Below are positions 1-11,688 of a stretch of DNA of 39,907 bases, piece by piece. The DNA is from Balamuthia mandrillaris. Its lineage: Eukaryota. The stretch spans positions 124,001 to 163,907 of the forward strand of contig JAVKOQ020000114.1 in assembly GCA_031835245.2 (NCBI GenBank). The letters run 5' to 3'. Numbering within the stretch: position 1 is the first letter of the stretch; each line of letters starts with the position of its first letter. Below the pieces are notes generated by a model, which searched no databases, was not told the DNA's origin, and saw nothing but the letters and a program-made list of their open reading frames with translations. A program made the translations under genes and the position numbers.

Positions 1-82
1 CAATTCAGCAAATATCAACAAAAACAAAATCGGAGCGGACGAAGGCGGAGAAGAAGAGAGGGAGAAAGAGAGAGCTTCGCAG

Positions 83-592
83 ATGCCACAGCTGACTTGG
101 ATTTATCGTGTATCGGACCCGCTGATTCTGACCGCGGAGGAGAGCGAGCAGTTTGAGGAGCACAGAAGGTTGGCGAAACAGCTATGGCAAAAGATTAGGC
201 CCGAGTCACCTCGCAGGCACTGCGTAGAAGCAGGCGACCACTACTTCATGTTTGTCTCTCACCTGTTTTTATTTTTACCTCATCTCTTTTTTTCGCTCTC
301 TCTCTTCTCATCTCTTTTTTTCTCTCTCTCTCCACTTTTTGTTTGTAGGTACATTATAGAGGGAGATGTGTGCTACATAACGCTGTGCGACAGTGTGTAC
401 CCCAAAAAATTGGCTTTGGCCTTCTTGGAAGAGATCAAGAAGGAGTTTGACATACAGTATGGGCCTGAGGTCAAATCTGCACGAAGGCCTTATGCTTTCA
501 TCAAGTTTGGTGCGTTGTTTGTTTAGGAGGAGAGCGCGTATGAGCGAGAAGAGAAACCAATTTAGAGGAAGAGAAAGCATAGAAGCACAATA

Positions 593-634
<42 letters not shown>

Positions 635-1207
635 AATGGTGCACACAACTGACTATCATTATCGCTTCTTAGATACGTTTATTCAAAAGACCAAAAAGAT
701 GTATCTAGATACCAGGTCTGAACGCAACCTTGACATAGTGACCAAAGAACTCAGCGATGTGCAACGTATCATGTCACAGAACATTGAAGAAATCCTTAAC
801 AGGGGCGACAAGCTCAATTGTATTCTCCTCTTCCTTCTTCTTCTTCTTCTTCTTCTTCTTCTTCTTGTTCTTCTTCTTCTTCTTCTTGTTGTTGTTGTTG
901 TTCGTGTTCTTCTTCTTGTTCTTCTTCTTCTTCTTCTTGTTCTTCTTGTTCTTCTTCTTCTTGTTCTTCTTCTTCTTCTTCTTCTTCTTCTTCTTCTTCT
1001 TCTTCTTCTTCTTCTTCTGTTCCGTCACTCACAAGTACACATGCAGCGGTAACATCAAAGTCAGAGAGACTCGTGTTCGAGTCAGAGAGCTACAAGAAGA
1101 AGGCCAAATGGTTGAACGAAGCTTTGTTTTGGAGAAAGTGGAAGCCCGTCATCATAGTTGGTGTTATTCTCCTCTTTTGCTTTTATCTCTATTTCTTTTG
1201 GTTTTGA
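83..1207 (+). CDS. SEC22: Vesicle-trafficking R-SNARE Sec22 (longin + SNARE + C-terminal TM), 4 exons: 83-249, 349-509, 673-819, 1047-1207
   Basis: GT-AG joins keep frame; longin motifs CYITLCDSVYPKKLALAFLEEI and RPYAFIKFDTFIQK; NIE segment (MSQNIEEILNRGDKL) with R-layer; hydrophobic C-terminal anchor. Confidence 0.95.
831..1017 (+). repeat. (CTT/GTT)n microsatellite in Sec22 intron 3
   Basis: Direct reading; lies inside intron 820-1046. Confidence 0.95.
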
Positions 1208-1324
1208 ACAGCTGGTTGAACAAACATTGTGATGACTTACTATTCATTCACTCACTTTTTTTTTATTTGCTTCTCACTCAGAAAAGTGATCACTCTTTCT
1301 CTCTCTTTCTCTTTCTTATCCTTC

Positions 1325-2181
1325 CTATTTGCGAAGAAACTGTTTGTTGACACAGTTACGAGGACCGCTTTCTCCCGTCAACACTCTCTTCACCTCCAAC
1401 GCCGCTTTGGTGCGCATCTCCACAAAGGCCTCATCGCTGTAGAACGCCGTGTGCGGCGTGATGATCAAATTGGGAACATCCTTCAAGTGGCCATCCACGT
1501 AGGGCTCCTCCTCCAGCACATCCAACGCCGCTCCTCTCACCCTTCCGTCCTTCAACGCGGCGAGCAAGGCGGCTTCCTCGATAAGCCCTCCGCGTGCGGT
1601 GTTGACCAAGAAGATGCCTTTGTCCTCCTCGCCTTTGAGCTGCCTTCGCTCGGGGGAGGAGAGGAAGGAGAACGCGGTGGAGTCGAGGAGGTGGTGGTTC
1701 GTCCTGTCGAGGAGGCAGTGCAGGGAGAGGACATCCGCTCTCACCATGGCCTCTTGCAGCGTGTCCACTCGCTCTATGCCCAACGCTTTGTCCAGCCCGT
1801 CCTCCACGTACGGATCTTTTGTTATGTGTTGTTTTGTTTGTTAACAAGAGAGCAGAGAAGCAGAGAACTAGAGAAGGAGAGGGAGAGAGGGAGAGAGAGA
1901 GAGGGAGAGGGAGAGAGAGAGAGAGAGAAGAGAACCATAGAAGAGAACTTGGAAGCCAAAAGCTTTGGCTCGCATGGCTGCAGCCTTTGGTTTGGTTGAA
2001 AAAAAACATAAAGTTGAGTCAACTCAAAAAGCAAATGAAGAACGACGGGACCGACAAGAACAGAAACGAAAGGAGAGAAGGAAGAAAGAGATGAAGGGAG
2101 AACGATGGCGAAGCTGAACCTTTCCTATTTTGCCCAACCCGATGATCACAAAGGTCTTTCCTCTCAACCTGAACAACCACC

Positions 2182-2213
<32 letters not shown>

Positions 2214-3408
2214 AAGAAGAAGAAGAAGAAGAAGAAGAAGAAGAAGAAGAAGAAGAAGAAGAAGAAGAACAAGAAGAACAAAAGAACAAGAAGAACAAGA
2301 AGAACAAGAAGAAGAACAAGAAGAACAAGAAGAAGAACAAGAACAAGAACAAGAAGAAGAAGAAGAAGAAGAAGAAGAAGAACAAGAAGAAGAAGAAGGC
2401 GAAAAAGAAGAAGAAGAACAAGAAGAAGAAGAAGAAGAAGAAGGAAAAGAAGAAGAAGAACAAGAAGAAGAAGAAGAAGAAGAAGAAGAACAAGAACAAG
2501 AAGAAGAAGAAGAAGAAGAACAAGAAGAAGAACAAGAACAAGAACAAGAAGAAGAAGAACAAGAAGAAGAAGAAGAAGAACAAGAAGAAGAAGAAGAAGA
2601 AGAAGAAGAAGAAGAAGAACAAGAAGAAGAAGAACAAGAAGAAGAAGAAGAAGAAGAGGAACAAGAAGAAGAACAAGAACAAGAAGAAGCAAAAAAAGAA
2701 GAAAAAGAAGAAGAAGAAGAAGAAGAAGAAGAAGAAGAAGAAGAAGAACAAGAAGAAGAACAAGAACAAGAACAAGAAGAAGAAGAAGAACAAGAACAAG
2801 AACATAAGAACAAGAACATAAGAACAAGAACATAAGAACAAGAACAAGCGACGGACCTAGTGGCGCCATGAGCGCTGTGAGTGGGCCAACCGCCGGTGGA
2901 AGAGACCATGTTGGCCAGTTGATGGGTCTTGCGCATAAGGTTCAACACGTGGCTCATCGCAGAGTCGGCCACCTCCTCCACGCCATAGTCGGGCACGTTG
3001 GCCACCGCTATTCCTCTCTCCCCGGCAGCCTTTCATGGACGACGCAGTCTAAGAGACGGAGAGAGATACGAGAGAAGAGAAGAAAGAAGAGAGAGAGAGA
3101 GAGAGAGAAGGGACAAACGGCGAGATCGACAGAGTCAAAGCCAGCCCCTATGCGCACTATCACTTTTGTGTTTTTCAGTTTGTGCTCGATGGTCTCTCGG
3201 CCCAACGCAACTACCAAACCAAACAGACAGTTGAGTCCTTGGTGGATGTGATCCATGGAGAAACAACAACGAAAAAGGTTGGGAGCAACTATTACTACTA
3301 ACCAAGGTGCCAAGCAAACACCGCTGACGCCTCTGCGATCTGTTGGTGAAGAACAAGCACCAACAAGAAGAAGAATAACAAAAAGAAAAAGGGGGAGAGT
3401 GAGAGAAG

Positions 3409-3439
<31 letters not shown>

Positions 3440-3594
3440 ACGACCTTTTCTGGGATCTCAGCCTCCGAGTTCAGCTTCCAACATTCCACCCGCGCCACCC
3501 CATCCAAAACCTTTTGCTCGATGTCGGCCTCATCCAGAAAGTCCAACATGACGACCAAGGGCAACGACGAAGGGCCTGCAGCAGCTGCTTCCAT
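1325..3594 (-). CDS. CTBP: CtBP-like D-isomer-specific 2-hydroxyacid dehydrogenase, about 7 exons
   Basis: Spliced protein has VIVRIGAGFDSVDL, GIAVANVPDYGVEEVADSAMSHVLNL, GLGKIG Rossmann motif, RAKAFGFQVLFYDPY, LVNTARGGLI, AALDV..EP, TPHTAFYS and terminal RNCVNK, which follow CtBP throughout. Confidence 0.85.
2184..2848 (+). repeat. ~665-nt (GAA)n/(GAACAA) compound microsatellite filling the 688-nt CtBP intron 2169-2856
   Basis: Direct reading; includes three copies of the 14-mer AACATAAGAACAAG at 2801-2842. Confidence 0.97.
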
Positions 3595-3892
3595 CTTTTT
3601 GTTGTTCGGCGAAGTGGAATATCATTACGTTCGGGACGTCATGAAAGGAGGAAAGGTGAGGGGTCCTCCAAATTATCACAAAAAGGGAAAAAAAACGCCT
3701 CTTCGTCCAACAACGATATAAACTGTTTTTTTTTTGTTTGTGGCATTGAGGGAAGGGTTTTCTCCACGATCGGTGCCGAAGGGCTGACGAGTTCAGGAGG
3801 TTGGAGACAGTGTAAACTTTCCATAAGGAACGGAACAAAAGAGAGGGAGTTTCAGTTGAAGATAACAGAGGAGACCGATTCATCAAAAGAAT

Positions 3893-6232
3893 ATGGAGGG
3901 CGGTCTCTCAGAGTTCCAATTGAAGATGAACGCGGCAAGGCAAAGGGCGGCCTCGGATGCCTCGGCCGGAAGATCAGCAGTTGGCGGAGGGGAATCAAGG
4001 CTAAGAGGAGGAAGTCCAGGCTCTGCCCCAGCAAGCACTCCGATCCCGATCCAAAACAAACATGAAGGTCGACCTCCGACAAACGGCCCTCCGCACCATG
4101 GCAACGATACCACATCCAACTCCTCGCCTACTTTTCCTTTGGGTAAAGGGGGTGGAGGCAACAAGGTTTTTGGATCTCCGTCCCTTCAAAAAGGACCTCC
4201 ACCTCCTCAAACCTCCTCTCCTCATACGCAACCTAGAGGGACTGGCCCACCACCTCCCCTTCCGTCTCGAACAACAGCTCCTCCTACAGCTGGAGCTCCT
4301 GCTCCTGGTCATGAAACAAATCCATTTCTACCTAACGGTGCTAAAGGAGAAGGTACGGGAGGATTGCGATCAAAAGCGAAAATGTTTGAGGACCATACTA
4401 AACATAACACCAACAACAACGATCCTATTCCCCCTCTACTTCCTTCACGAGAACAAACGCCTCAACTGTCAAGCTTGGAAAACGAACAAACACAATCAGG
4501 ACGTCCAAGCAGAGACTCCCTCCCAGACATGAGCCCTCAAAATCAACCACTAGAACAGCTGAAACGGAAGGCCTCCGCTCCAGCACCATCAAGTTCCGTC
4601 TCCCTCAAATCGGGGGATGGTGCATTGGCTTTCAACAAGCCCCTAAGCGAACCAAAGTTTGCCAGTCTCCCCTCGAAATCCAAGGCTCTGAAAGATTCGG
4701 AACCTCAACCATCGCATCCAACGTTGGAGATCTTTGAGCGTACATCAACAGGGACAACTGCTGCCCCTCCACCAGTACCTGTACGAAATGAGGTTTGTGT
4801 AGTGACCTCACCGAACGCTGAATCTGCGGAGCACAAGAATGAGCCCCAAGAGACTCAAGATGCAAAACAGGAAGAAGTTGCCAGCGAAGAAACGGGGCTC
4901 ACTTCGATGCCTTCTGAGCCGATCAAAGAGGACAAGTCCACCGTTGAAGAACCAGGCGTTGAGGCCACGCTAGACGTGCCGACAGCGGAGGAACCTCCGC
5001 CCCCTCCTAGGAGCTTCTGGGATGATGTCCCTCTAACGCGTGAGCCTGCCTTGTCTTGTGTAAGTCTTACGTTTTTCAACTTCGACCATTCCCCTCTTCA
5101 ACAAAGCAAGTATGAACGTTATGTGTTTAAAAAACAGGTACAAAAACAACGAGCGACCCCAAAGAATGGTTCCAGGCGTCCTCCTTCCAGGAACAAGCTC
5201 CACAGAACCGGGGAGGCCAAAACCGCTGGAGGACTTGATAGTTCTCTGTTCGATCCTCGTGCCGGGGCCAAGGAGCGTATCGTCACTCCTGACTTTTCTC
5301 ACACGTTGATGCTGGAGGAGGCACCACAGGTAGACTCCCCTTCCATACAGTCACCGGATCATGCACACCGCCGACGCACCACCTCCACCCGCAGCCCACG
5401 AGCCAACATGGTGAATCCACAACATGGAGGCAGCCCTCTTGCCACGTCTGACCCATCAAGACCTTCTCCTTTGTTGTCTGGTTTGCCTCGAGCTGGTTCC
5501 GTTGTCGCTTCAGGAAGCGATTCAGGCAGCATGCTTCGCAGCTCTTTAGGAGGACCAAGGATTGGGCAGTTGGGTGGAAGCATGATCATGGCTCCTCCTG
5601 GAGGTGGCGGCATGCTTCGTTTGGACAAAGCCGCATTGGGGAATGTCAAGCTTAGGCATAATACCAACACACAGCCAACCGAGCACGGGGGCGACAGAGG
5701 AGGGTCCCCAGAGAGCGGCAGCCGTCTCAAATCAGGACTCTCTTCCTGTTCAGCAGCCTTTGCACCACAGGCAAAGGATGAAGGGGGTAGTCCCATAAGG
5801 AATGATAACAGGAAGGTCAGAATGACGGGCAAAGGAGGTTTGCTAACTAAAGTAATGACCGAGGGACATCTGCGATCTCACCGCAGCCGTTCTTCCACGT
5901 CGCCTGCCCCTGTCCGAATACCCCCAAAGTCACCCAACGAGGGGAAGAAGGAGAAGCAGAAGGAAAAGGACACTGAAGTTTCTAGTTCAAGTGATTCGCC
6001 AAAGGAAACGAGAAGCTCCCGTTTCTCACCGTCAAGGCTCAGGAAGAGCAAGAACTCAGATGAGAAGAAATCCGCTGGTAAGGAGAAAAAGTCGAACAAG
6101 GAGCAAGCCCTTCCTGAAAACAACAACAGCAACAGCGACAACAAGAACAACAACACCAATAACAAGGAAGAAGGCTCTCAGCCCCCTTGGATGAAGGAGG
6201 TCAACGCCAGAAAGGGTTTGGTAAAGACCTAA
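3893..6232 (+). CDS. Proline-rich disordered protein, putative actin/capping-protein regulator (CPI motif, WH2-like segment); probable in-frame intron 5060-5137; start may be 3926
   Basis: 779-codon ORF; many PxxP motifs; GTAAGT...AAAACAG intron; spliced LSCVQKQRATPKNGSRRPPSR; LDKAALGNVKLRH; C-terminal PPWMKEV. Confidence 0.7.
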   Translation: MEGGLSEFQLKMNAARQRAASDASAGRSAVGGGESRLRGGSPGSAPASTPIPIQNKHEGRPPTNGPPHHGNDTTSNSSPTFPLGKGGGGNKVFGSPSLQKGPPPPQTSSPHTQPRGTGPPPPLPSRTTAPPTAGAPAPGHETNPFLPNGAKGEGTGGLRSKAKMFEDHTKHNTNNNDPIPPLLPSREQTPQLSSLENEQTQSGRPSRDSLPDMSPQNQPLEQLKRKASAPAPSSSVSLKSGDGALAFNKPLSEPKFASLPSKSKALKDSEPQPSHPTLEIFERTSTGTTAAPPPVPVRNEVCVVTSPNAESAEHKNEPQETQDAKQEEVASEETGLTSMPSEPIKEDKSTVEEPGVEATLDVPTAEEPPPPPRSFWDDVPLTREPALSCVSLTFFNFDHSPLQQSKYERYVFKKQVQKQRATPKNGSRRPPSRNKLHRTGEAKTAGGLDSSLFDPRAGAKERIVTPDFSHTLMLEEAPQVDSPSIQSPDHAHRRRTTSTRSPRANMVNPQHGGSPLATSDPSRPSPLLSGLPRAGSVVASGSDSGSMLRSSLGGPRIGQLGGSMIMAPPGGGGMLRLDKAALGNVKLRHNTNTQPTEHGGDRGGSPESGSRLKSGLSSCSAAFAPQAKDEGGSPIRNDNRKVRMTGKGGLLTKVMTEGHLRSHRSRSSTSPAPVRIPPKSPNEGKKEKQKEKDTEVSSSSDSPKETRSSRFSPSRLRKSKNSDEKKSAGKEKKSNKEQALPENNNSNSDNKNNNTNNKEEGSQPPWMKEVNARKGLVKT

Positions 6233-6817
6233 AGTTAGTAGGTGCAGTGTATAGAGGAATGCCCAGGGCTAGCAATACCAGGTTGTGATGTATCCGTTGT
6301 TGTAATCTATTAACCGCCCATATATATACCTTGAAAAGGCTATCCAAGCCATCAAAAGGGAGTTGGGAAGGAGAGCGAAGCAAAGGTGGCCAGACGAGAC
6401 GGGAACATGTGAGCGTCATCGACGGAAGGAGATGCGAAAACACGATAACTTAGAAGAGCGAGGGTAAAAAGGGACGCTCAGGGAGAAGTGAAGAGCAGGG
6501 CCACGAAGAGCTAAGAGGAACGTGACAAACAATTGGAGTCACAAGACAAAACCGATTACTAACCTTCACCTAAAATGGAGAAGTTGGTGTCTTTTCAGCA
6601 AATAACGTGCTGCTTGACCCGACATCCCATCGACTTTTGATCATATATCTATCGGAACCGAGCGGAGGTTAGTTTCCCTTCGCCTAACCAACTCGTTGAG
6701 AAAATATAAAAGAAGGACGAGGGTATTCAACTGTCGTTTCTTCCTGTCCTTTTGCACAAACATAAAATCAAAAAGAAGGAGGGAACAAAGCGGAGCGCCT
6801 GCTGCCAGAGACATAGA

Positions 6818-7297
6818 ATGACAGGGAAAGAGGAGAAGAGGAACGCAAAGCTGGATGAGAAGCTGTTGGCCGTGGCACAGAGGGGACAGCCAAAGAGGCT
6901 GAAAAAGGTGCTGAGCGAGGGAGCCAACCCAGACGCCAGAGAATCGGTCGAGCAGTACACCGCGCTTCACATAACTGCGGCTGCAGCTCGCCTCAAATGT
7001 TCTACAGTCCTCATCGAAGGAGGTAGCTTTCTTTTTGTTTGTTTTCTTTCTGTGGTGAACTTGGGGCTCATCTTCCTTATCTTTGGTTTTTGAAGGGGCG
7101 GATGTGAACGCGAGGTCAAAAACGGGACACACGCCGCTCCACATGGCGGTAGGGCACAACCATCACAAGATGACTAAACGTTTGCTGAAGCACGGCGCCG
7201 ACCCCATGCTTTGCACCGACAACGACGAGACCTTGTGTCACCTCGCTGCCGTCACAGACGCCAGGATGATGAAGCTTCTGCTCAGGAAAGGTTAGGT

Positions 7298-7334
<37 letters not shown>

Positions 7335-7651
7335 AGTTTAAGAATACCTTATTGAAACAACGAACAGGAGTTCCATTTGACAAAGTGGACAAGCTGGGAA
7401 GAACGCCGTTGTCCATCGCAGTGGAGGCAGAGAATACGGACGTGATGCAGGTGCTGTTAAAAAAGGGAGCGGACCCCAACGGTAAGTCCAAAGACAAGCA
7501 CGGTCCGCTTCACATTGCCGCCTTGAATGGCAGCATGGAAGCTGTGCAAGCTCTGCTGGAGGCAGGCGCTGATAAGAACCAGAGAAACGCCGTGGGAAAG
7601 AGTCCACGCGACCTTTCCTACGATAACATGCTCACCCAGGCTTTGTCTTGA
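6818..7651 (+). CDS. Ankyrin-repeat protein, 3 exons: 6818-7022, 7096-7290, 7368-7651
   Basis: Ankyrin consensus TALHITA, GADVNARSKTGHTPLHMA, GRTPLSIA, GPLHIAALNG; splice phases consistent. Confidence 0.92.
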
Positions 7652-7847
7652 AAGTAATTCTCGTAAGTGATTATCACTGCATTGGAGACAACCGAGTTCT
7701 CTGCTTTAAACTATTTTTTGGTGTAGATATAATAAGTCATTTAAACTTTCATAGCAATACAACGTACTTTACTCGGGCCACAAGAGAAAACAAACAAAAG
7801 ACAAAGAAAAGAAGAAAAGAGAAAAAGAAAAAGGAAAAAGGAAGAGT

Positions 7848-7954
7848 TTATGTAGAAGAAGGCTTAAGAACTTGATTATACTTCGGCAATGTTTGGTGAA
7901 GTATCCGCAAGTGTCGTATATGTATAGCTAGATGTGCCTGTTACAAATCAATTT

Positions 7955-7990
<36 letters not shown>

Positions 7991-8047
7991 TAGAAAGAGA
8001 GAAAGAGAGAAAGAGAGAAAGAGAGAAGAGAGAAGAGGGAAGAGAGA

Positions 8048-8079
<32 letters not shown>

Positions 8080-8614
8080 GACGGAGGAATGTGAGAGAGA
8101 ATGAACAAAAAAATGAAGCTTCAAAGAAGAAAGAAAGTGAACCTCTTTGGCATCTTCAGCTTTCCTTTGTGCGTTGCGTTCTCCAAAAACAACGGTTCCA
8201 TCGGAAACGCCGTCATTACTGCCCACGACAACGGCCATGCCTATCGTACAGCCATTACCTATCACACATCCTTCTCCCAGTTTTGCTGATGAGGGCACAA
8301 CAAAAAAGGAATAGTGTCCCTTTGAGCAAACCACAAACGACAAGAAAGAATAAAGAAACGAAAAAAAAACCTTTGGCTTCTATAACATTGTTATTTCCAA
8401 TCCGTTTGGCGTGCACAACTATCAAAAGGGTCAGGTCAGCGAAGGACGAAGAGTGAGCGGAAAGAGAGGAGAGACCGGGAGAGAAGGGAGCAGAGAAGAG
8501 AGAAGAGAAGGGAGAGCAGAGAGAGAAGAGAGGGCGGGAGAAGGAAGAACGGAGAGCGAGAGAGAGAAGAACGAGAAGAGAGAAGACAGAAAAAGAGAAG
8601 AGAAAACAAGAGGC

Positions 8615-8648
<34 letters not shown>

Positions 8649-8988
8649 GTACCGGCGCCTATTTCAATGGCGTTGTTGTCTCCAATCTCAAGGGTTTCAC
8701 CGGTGGTGGAGCGGTTGTGAATGCACGCCAGCTCTTCCACGATATTGTTGCTACCAATGTGAATGGGTCCGCCCTCCGCGATGACCCTGCACTTGGGATG
8801 GAGGACCGTGCCCTTGCCTATCCGTATGTTGCCCTCCAGCACGGCCGTCTTGCAAACCACTGCCGTCGCTGCAATGGAAACATCACCCACACCATATCTT
8901 TGGTTTTTTTGTTCGAAAGGCTGATTAGAATAAGGAGTGAAAAAATGAGGAAGCGAAGGAAGAAGGTGGAAAGAAAACGTTACTCCAT
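7848..8988 (-). CDS. DCTN6: Dynactin subunit 6 (p27), left-handed beta-helix protein, about 5 exons, first coding exon only ATGGA
   Basis: IAATAVVC...GNIRIGKGTVLHPKCRVIAEGGPIHIGSNNIVEE, IGDNNAIEIG, IGNNNVIEAK; C-terminal helix ILHQTLPKYNQVLK; TAA at 7848-7850. Confidence 0.9.
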
Positions 8989-9247
8989 ATTTTTTTAAAA
9001 AAAACACAACGCTGTGGAAAGAGAGGAGGATAAGGCGATACTCTCTCTCTATTCTTCTTTCTTATGCTTCAGCCTTCGTTCGATATTTTCCATTTCATTT
9101 CCGATATTTTAACTGTTGTCGGTCCTACCCAATAATCGATGATTATTATGATGCACGATCGACAATTGCAAATTTTATTGGCAAAAAAATAATAGAAAGG
9201 GCCACAAAAAAAAGCAAGCAAGAGAGGGGAAGAACAAAAAACGGAAG

Positions 9248-10204
9248 ATGGGAAGTACGTAGCAGCTCTCCTCCTTCTTCGTTTCGGCATTGATTCATTG
9301 TCTATGCTCTCTCTGCCCATCACGCTTGCTGGTCGTTCACTCGTTCTTACGTTTTTTAAAAAAAAAAATTGTTTCTCTCTCCACCAAAAATCAACTACCG
9401 AAAATCCCCCACCCAAGAGCAACCAAGCCACACCACGACCGCCATTTTGTCGGCTCTGTTGTTCGTGCTGACCCTCTCTGCGTTGAGCTTGTGGGCTCCG
9501 GTGCTGGCCTCCACGGAGCGTCTCACCATCGTGGGTGGTTTCATCAGTTCGCTTCTGTTCTTCTTTGCCCTGTTGGTGCGTCACTTTTTTAAAAATACTT
9601 TTATTTTTTTTCTCATTAATCGATTGGTGTCAGACAATTGGCAATCTTGAGAACGAAACTGGTTGGATTGAAGGTAAGAAAGACGAGACTGCTTGCTCCT
9701 CTCATCTAATCTTCTGCAACACGTAAAATAGTGTTCTTGTGCGAAGCTGTTGCTTTGGTAGCTGCCGCCACTGTGCACCGTGTTTGTGTTACTACTTGGT
9801 ATGTGGGAACGCTTTGTTTCTTCTTTTTTCTCTTTTGCTCTGCTTCCCTTCTCTGTTGCTCTTCTCTCTCTCCCTCCCCCTCCCCCTCCCTCTCTCTCCC
9901 TCTACCTCTCCTTCTCGACTTCGCCTCTTCTCGGCTGCAAAGAAGTTTCTCTCTTCTCCTCTGCTATTTCCTTCTTGTCTTTCTCGACAGAACCACCCGA
10001 TGTAGCCACATTGCTGCATGCACATTTCCTGTCTGGAATAGCTAAGTCGCCGCACAGGCAAAACATTGCTAACAACACCGCTTCTCTCTCTCTCTCAAAA
10101 GCTTCCTCTTCTCCGTTGGTCTTCTCTACATGACAAACAAGGCCTCACAGAGCATCAACCGTCAGCCTGTTGTGGTTTCTAAGAAGGGCTCTTCTCGCAA
10201 GTAA
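9248..10204 (+). CDS. KRTCAP2: Oligosaccharyltransferase accessory subunit KCP2/keratinocyte-associated protein 2, about 5 exons
   Basis: LASTERLTIVGGFISSLLF, IGNLE, VHRVCVTTC-FLFSVGLLYMTNK and a basic C-terminus (KKGSSRK*) match the KCP2 pattern. Confidence 0.9.
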
Positions 10205-10698
10205 ATGCCTTTGAAGCTGGAACAATGATTTTTTGGAAAAAAAAAGAAAGAGTTCTTTCTTATGCCTCTACTATTTCTCTCTCTCTCTCTCTCTCTCTCT
10301 ATTGAGAAGTTTTGGGAGATTTGCGCAAGGGTTAAAGCAAGCCTGCAACGAGAAGCGAGGGAGCGAAACAGAGAACGAGAGAGAAAGAGAGACAAAGATC
10401 AGCAAAGCGGGAGAGCACGAGCGAAGAGAAGAGCAAGGAGAGGAGAGAAACCATGAGAATGAAATTTCTTCGTTCCTTGGCTTCGTTGCGATTGGACGCC
10501 TGCAATTATCCGAGCGTTTCTGTTCTCCCATTGGGTAGAGATATTCCCCGAAGAGACAGGGGTTGACGCCATGGCCGCCTTTTCGTCAGAGAAAGGCAAG
10601 TTATAGGTGCCTTAAATAGGGTTTGACGAACCAAAACCCCACTCTCTCCAGTTCTTCTTTTTTCAACAAACAACACTCCAACCACAACAACACACACA

Positions 10699-11381
10699 AT
10701 GCAAAGCGAAACCCCCCTGAAGCTCTACTACTTTGGCATCAAGGCCAGGGCACACCTGCCCCTCCTGGTCTGCGAGTATGCCGGCCTGAACTACCAGTGG
10801 GTCACCGACTTTGACTGGGCCACCATGAAGCCCACCACCCCCTTTGGTCAGCTCCCATACTTGGTGGATGGGGACGTAAGTTTGGCTCAGAGCATGGCCA
10901 TTGCTCGCTACCTTGCCAAGAAGGCCGGCTTGCAGGGCACCACGGACGCTGACTATGCCATGTCTGAACAGTAAGTAGTGAGCGACTGGCCTCCTTTATT
11001 GCATTCTTTCTCTTTCTCAATACTGAACTGCTTCCTTTTTCAACAAGACTCATCGAGGAGCAAAACGACATCTACTCCATCTTGGCCAAGGCCAACAACG
11101 CTCAAAACAAGCATGAGGCCTACGATCAGGCCCTCACTGTGGATATCCCCAAGCACCTCGACCTCCTGGAGAAGCTGCTGGGTGAGAGCGAGTACTTTGC
11201 CTCCACCGTGACCACCGGTGACTTGGCCCTCTTCTCCGTCTTCAACATCATCCTGGACTTTGACTCCAAGGCCTTCGACAACTATCCCAAGCTCAAGGGC
11301 TTCTACGACCGCCTGTCTGGACACTCTGGCGTGAAGAGGTTCTTGGAGCTTCCCATGCGCCAATACTTGAAGCGCGACTAA
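10699..11381 (+). CDS. Glutathione S-transferase (sigma-like, Tyr-type), 2 exons: 10699-10970, 11048-11381
   Basis: LKLYYFGIKARA, KPTTPFGQLPYL, LAQSMAIARYLA, VTTGDL, YPKL; strong C/G-ending codon bias suggests high expression. Confidence 0.93.
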
Positions 11382-11688
11382 AGCCCACATCAAACAAACA
11401 TAACTTGGTTTCGTGAGGGTGTTTGCTTTGTAGTACTCTCTGAGATAGCTTCAGAAGGAAGTGTTCAGGGAGCCGAAGAATAAACAGACCCCCTTTGTTT
11501 TCCCCATGAGCTTCTCGTTCTTTCTCCCTCCTTGTTTTCCTTCATTCACCCGCTTTGAATTTGTCGATAACTATTCGATGCCGTCGAAAATTATTTCCGC
11601 TTTGGTGAATTATTAACCGCTGTCCGATAAAAAGTAAAAAGAGGGAGAAAGAGTAGCAACAAAGAAGAAAAACAAAACAAGGAGGAGG

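Noticed and set aside
2019..2869. Long poly-R/K/S/L/F ORFs in several frames
   Set aside because: Translations of a stop-free intronic GAA microsatellite
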